From: Candidatus Nanohalobium sp. | GTDB lineage: Archaea; Nanohalarchaeota; Nanosalinia; Nanosalinales; Nanosalinaceae | Assembly: GCA_042217545.1 (NCBI GenBank) | Contig: JBDGSM010000024.1 | Coordinates: 1-16,867, forward strand | Reading direction: 5' to 3' | DNA length: 16,867 nucleotides | Part shown: piece after piece, positions 16,340 through 16,867 of the stretch | Position numbering within the stretch: position 1 is the first letter of the stretch | Layout: each line of letters begins with the position of its first letter | Program-made: the position numbers and the translations under genes | The notes under the pieces: model-generated | The model's input: the letters and a program-made list of their open reading frames with translations, nothing else | What the model was told of the DNA's origin: nothing | Databases searched by the model: none

Positions 16340-16621
16340 ATGGACATACTAAGCCTTCTAATCGGACTAATCGTAGGCGCAATACTTGGAGTAATAGGCA
16401 GCCTCTACTACATCAAATGGAAAATGAACCAACAACTCGGCCAGATGCAACAGGAAATGAGCGAAATGATGGAAGCCACACAGGGCCTACAGGACGGCCT
16501 CGGCGGCATCGAAGACCTCGAAAAAGAATCACCTGACACCATGAAAGACGTCATAGAACCGGAAAACGTCAAAGAAGAGGCCTCAGAAAAAGACTCCGAA
16601 GAACAAGAGGAAAAGAAATAA
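16340..16621 (+). CDS. Hypothetical single-pass membrane protein with Gln/Met-rich helix and acidic tail
   Basis: N-terminal TM helix (LLIGLIVGAILGVIGSLYY). TTTAAAA 16309-16315 lies 25 nt upstream. Confidence 0.75.
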   Translation: MDILSLLIGLIVGAILGVIGSLYYIKWKMNQQLGQMQQEMSEMMEATQGLQDGLGGIEDLEKESPDTMKDVIEPENVKEEASEKDSEEQEEKK

Positions 16622-16645
16622 CAGCGAGAGGATAGCGGTTAAAGG

Positions 16646-16838
16646 AAACTTGCGGCCGCCGGGATAGCCGAAAAACTAAATTTTTCTAGAAAAACTCCGG
16701 CATCTGCAACTTCAAGCCTATAGAAAACTTGCGGCCGCCGGGATTTGAACCCGGGCACGAAGCCATAGCTTCTCAAGGGCGTCAAATCACCGGCTCAAGT
16801 AAATCGCAGATTTGCGGCCGCCGGGATTTGAACCCGGG
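16646..16838 (-). repeat. Three direct copies of a tRNA 3'-end sequence (core TTGCGGCCGCCGGGAT on +)
   Basis: Copies 1 and 2 share 20 nt (16646-16665, 16725-16744). Copies 2 and 3 share 27 nt (16729-16755, 16812-16838). Periods are 79 and 83 nt. Confidence 0.92.
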
Positions 16839-16847
16839 TCTTCGCCT
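16813..16847 (-). tRNA. 3' half (about positions 38-73) of a Gly-like tRNA: either the 3' exon of an intron-containing gene running off the window or an att remnant
   Basis: Minus strand reads A-GGCGA-AGAC-CCGGG-TTCAAAT-CCCGG-CGGCCGC-A: perfect T arm, acceptor strand implying a GCGGCCG 5' end, A73. No anticodon is visible, so identity is inferred. Confidence 0.55.
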
Positions 16848-16867
16848 AACTCTAACAGGCTACGCCT

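Larger units (their letters stand above)
102..16583. repeat. Dispersed highly iterated palindrome AGGCCT (57 copies by manual count)
   Basis: Examples at 102, 444, 788, 993, 1053, 1353, 1489, 5507, 5521, 6310, 6343, 8534, 8555, 12297, 14678, 16243 and 16578. About one per 300 bp. Confidence 0.9.

Noticed and set aside
16730..16812. Middle repeat unit as a complete tRNA (TTGAGAA could be a Leu anticodon loop)
   Set aside because: There is no 5' acceptor strand (GCGGCCG), no D arm and no paired anticodon stem.
16646..16867. CRISPR array interpretation
   Set aside because: The repeats are tRNA T-arm/acceptor sequence of unequal length, the spacers are longer than typical, and there are no cas genes in the window.
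1..16867. Apparent patchy G/T versus A/C strand skew (G/T-rich left end, A/C-rich right end)
   Set aside because: This is a visual impression only, confounded by gene orientation. It needs a computed third-position skew over a longer contig.

Overview
Gene-dense archaeal DNA from an extreme halophile. Acidic proteins, a class I LysRS, near-zero intergenic gaps, ATGA overlaps and TATA boxes about 25-30 nt before ATG fit a DPANN nanohaloarchaeon (inference). Gene order: small acidic protein, enolase-superfamily enzyme, ABC permease and ATPase, TraB-family protein, disordered protein, a lysS-methyltransferase-rhomboid operon, site-2 protease, an APC transporter with a decayed tandem paralog, 2Fe-2S ferredoxin, geranylgeranyl reductase, cis-prenyltransferase, Cys-rich microproteins, a LEA-2 protein and small hypotheticals. 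Three nested tRNA(Gly-like) 3' ends sit at the right edge. The strongest non-genic signal is the palindrome AGGCCT: 57 copies by manual count against about 4 expected. It occurs in all codon phases and in intergenic DNA, and is absent from the 2.4 kb ferredoxin-reductase-prenyltransferase block. This resembles a HIP1-like highly iterated palindrome system in an archaeon. The ORF track also missed a tail-to-tail pair of Cys-rich microproteins and a uORF that echoes the LysRS N-terminus.
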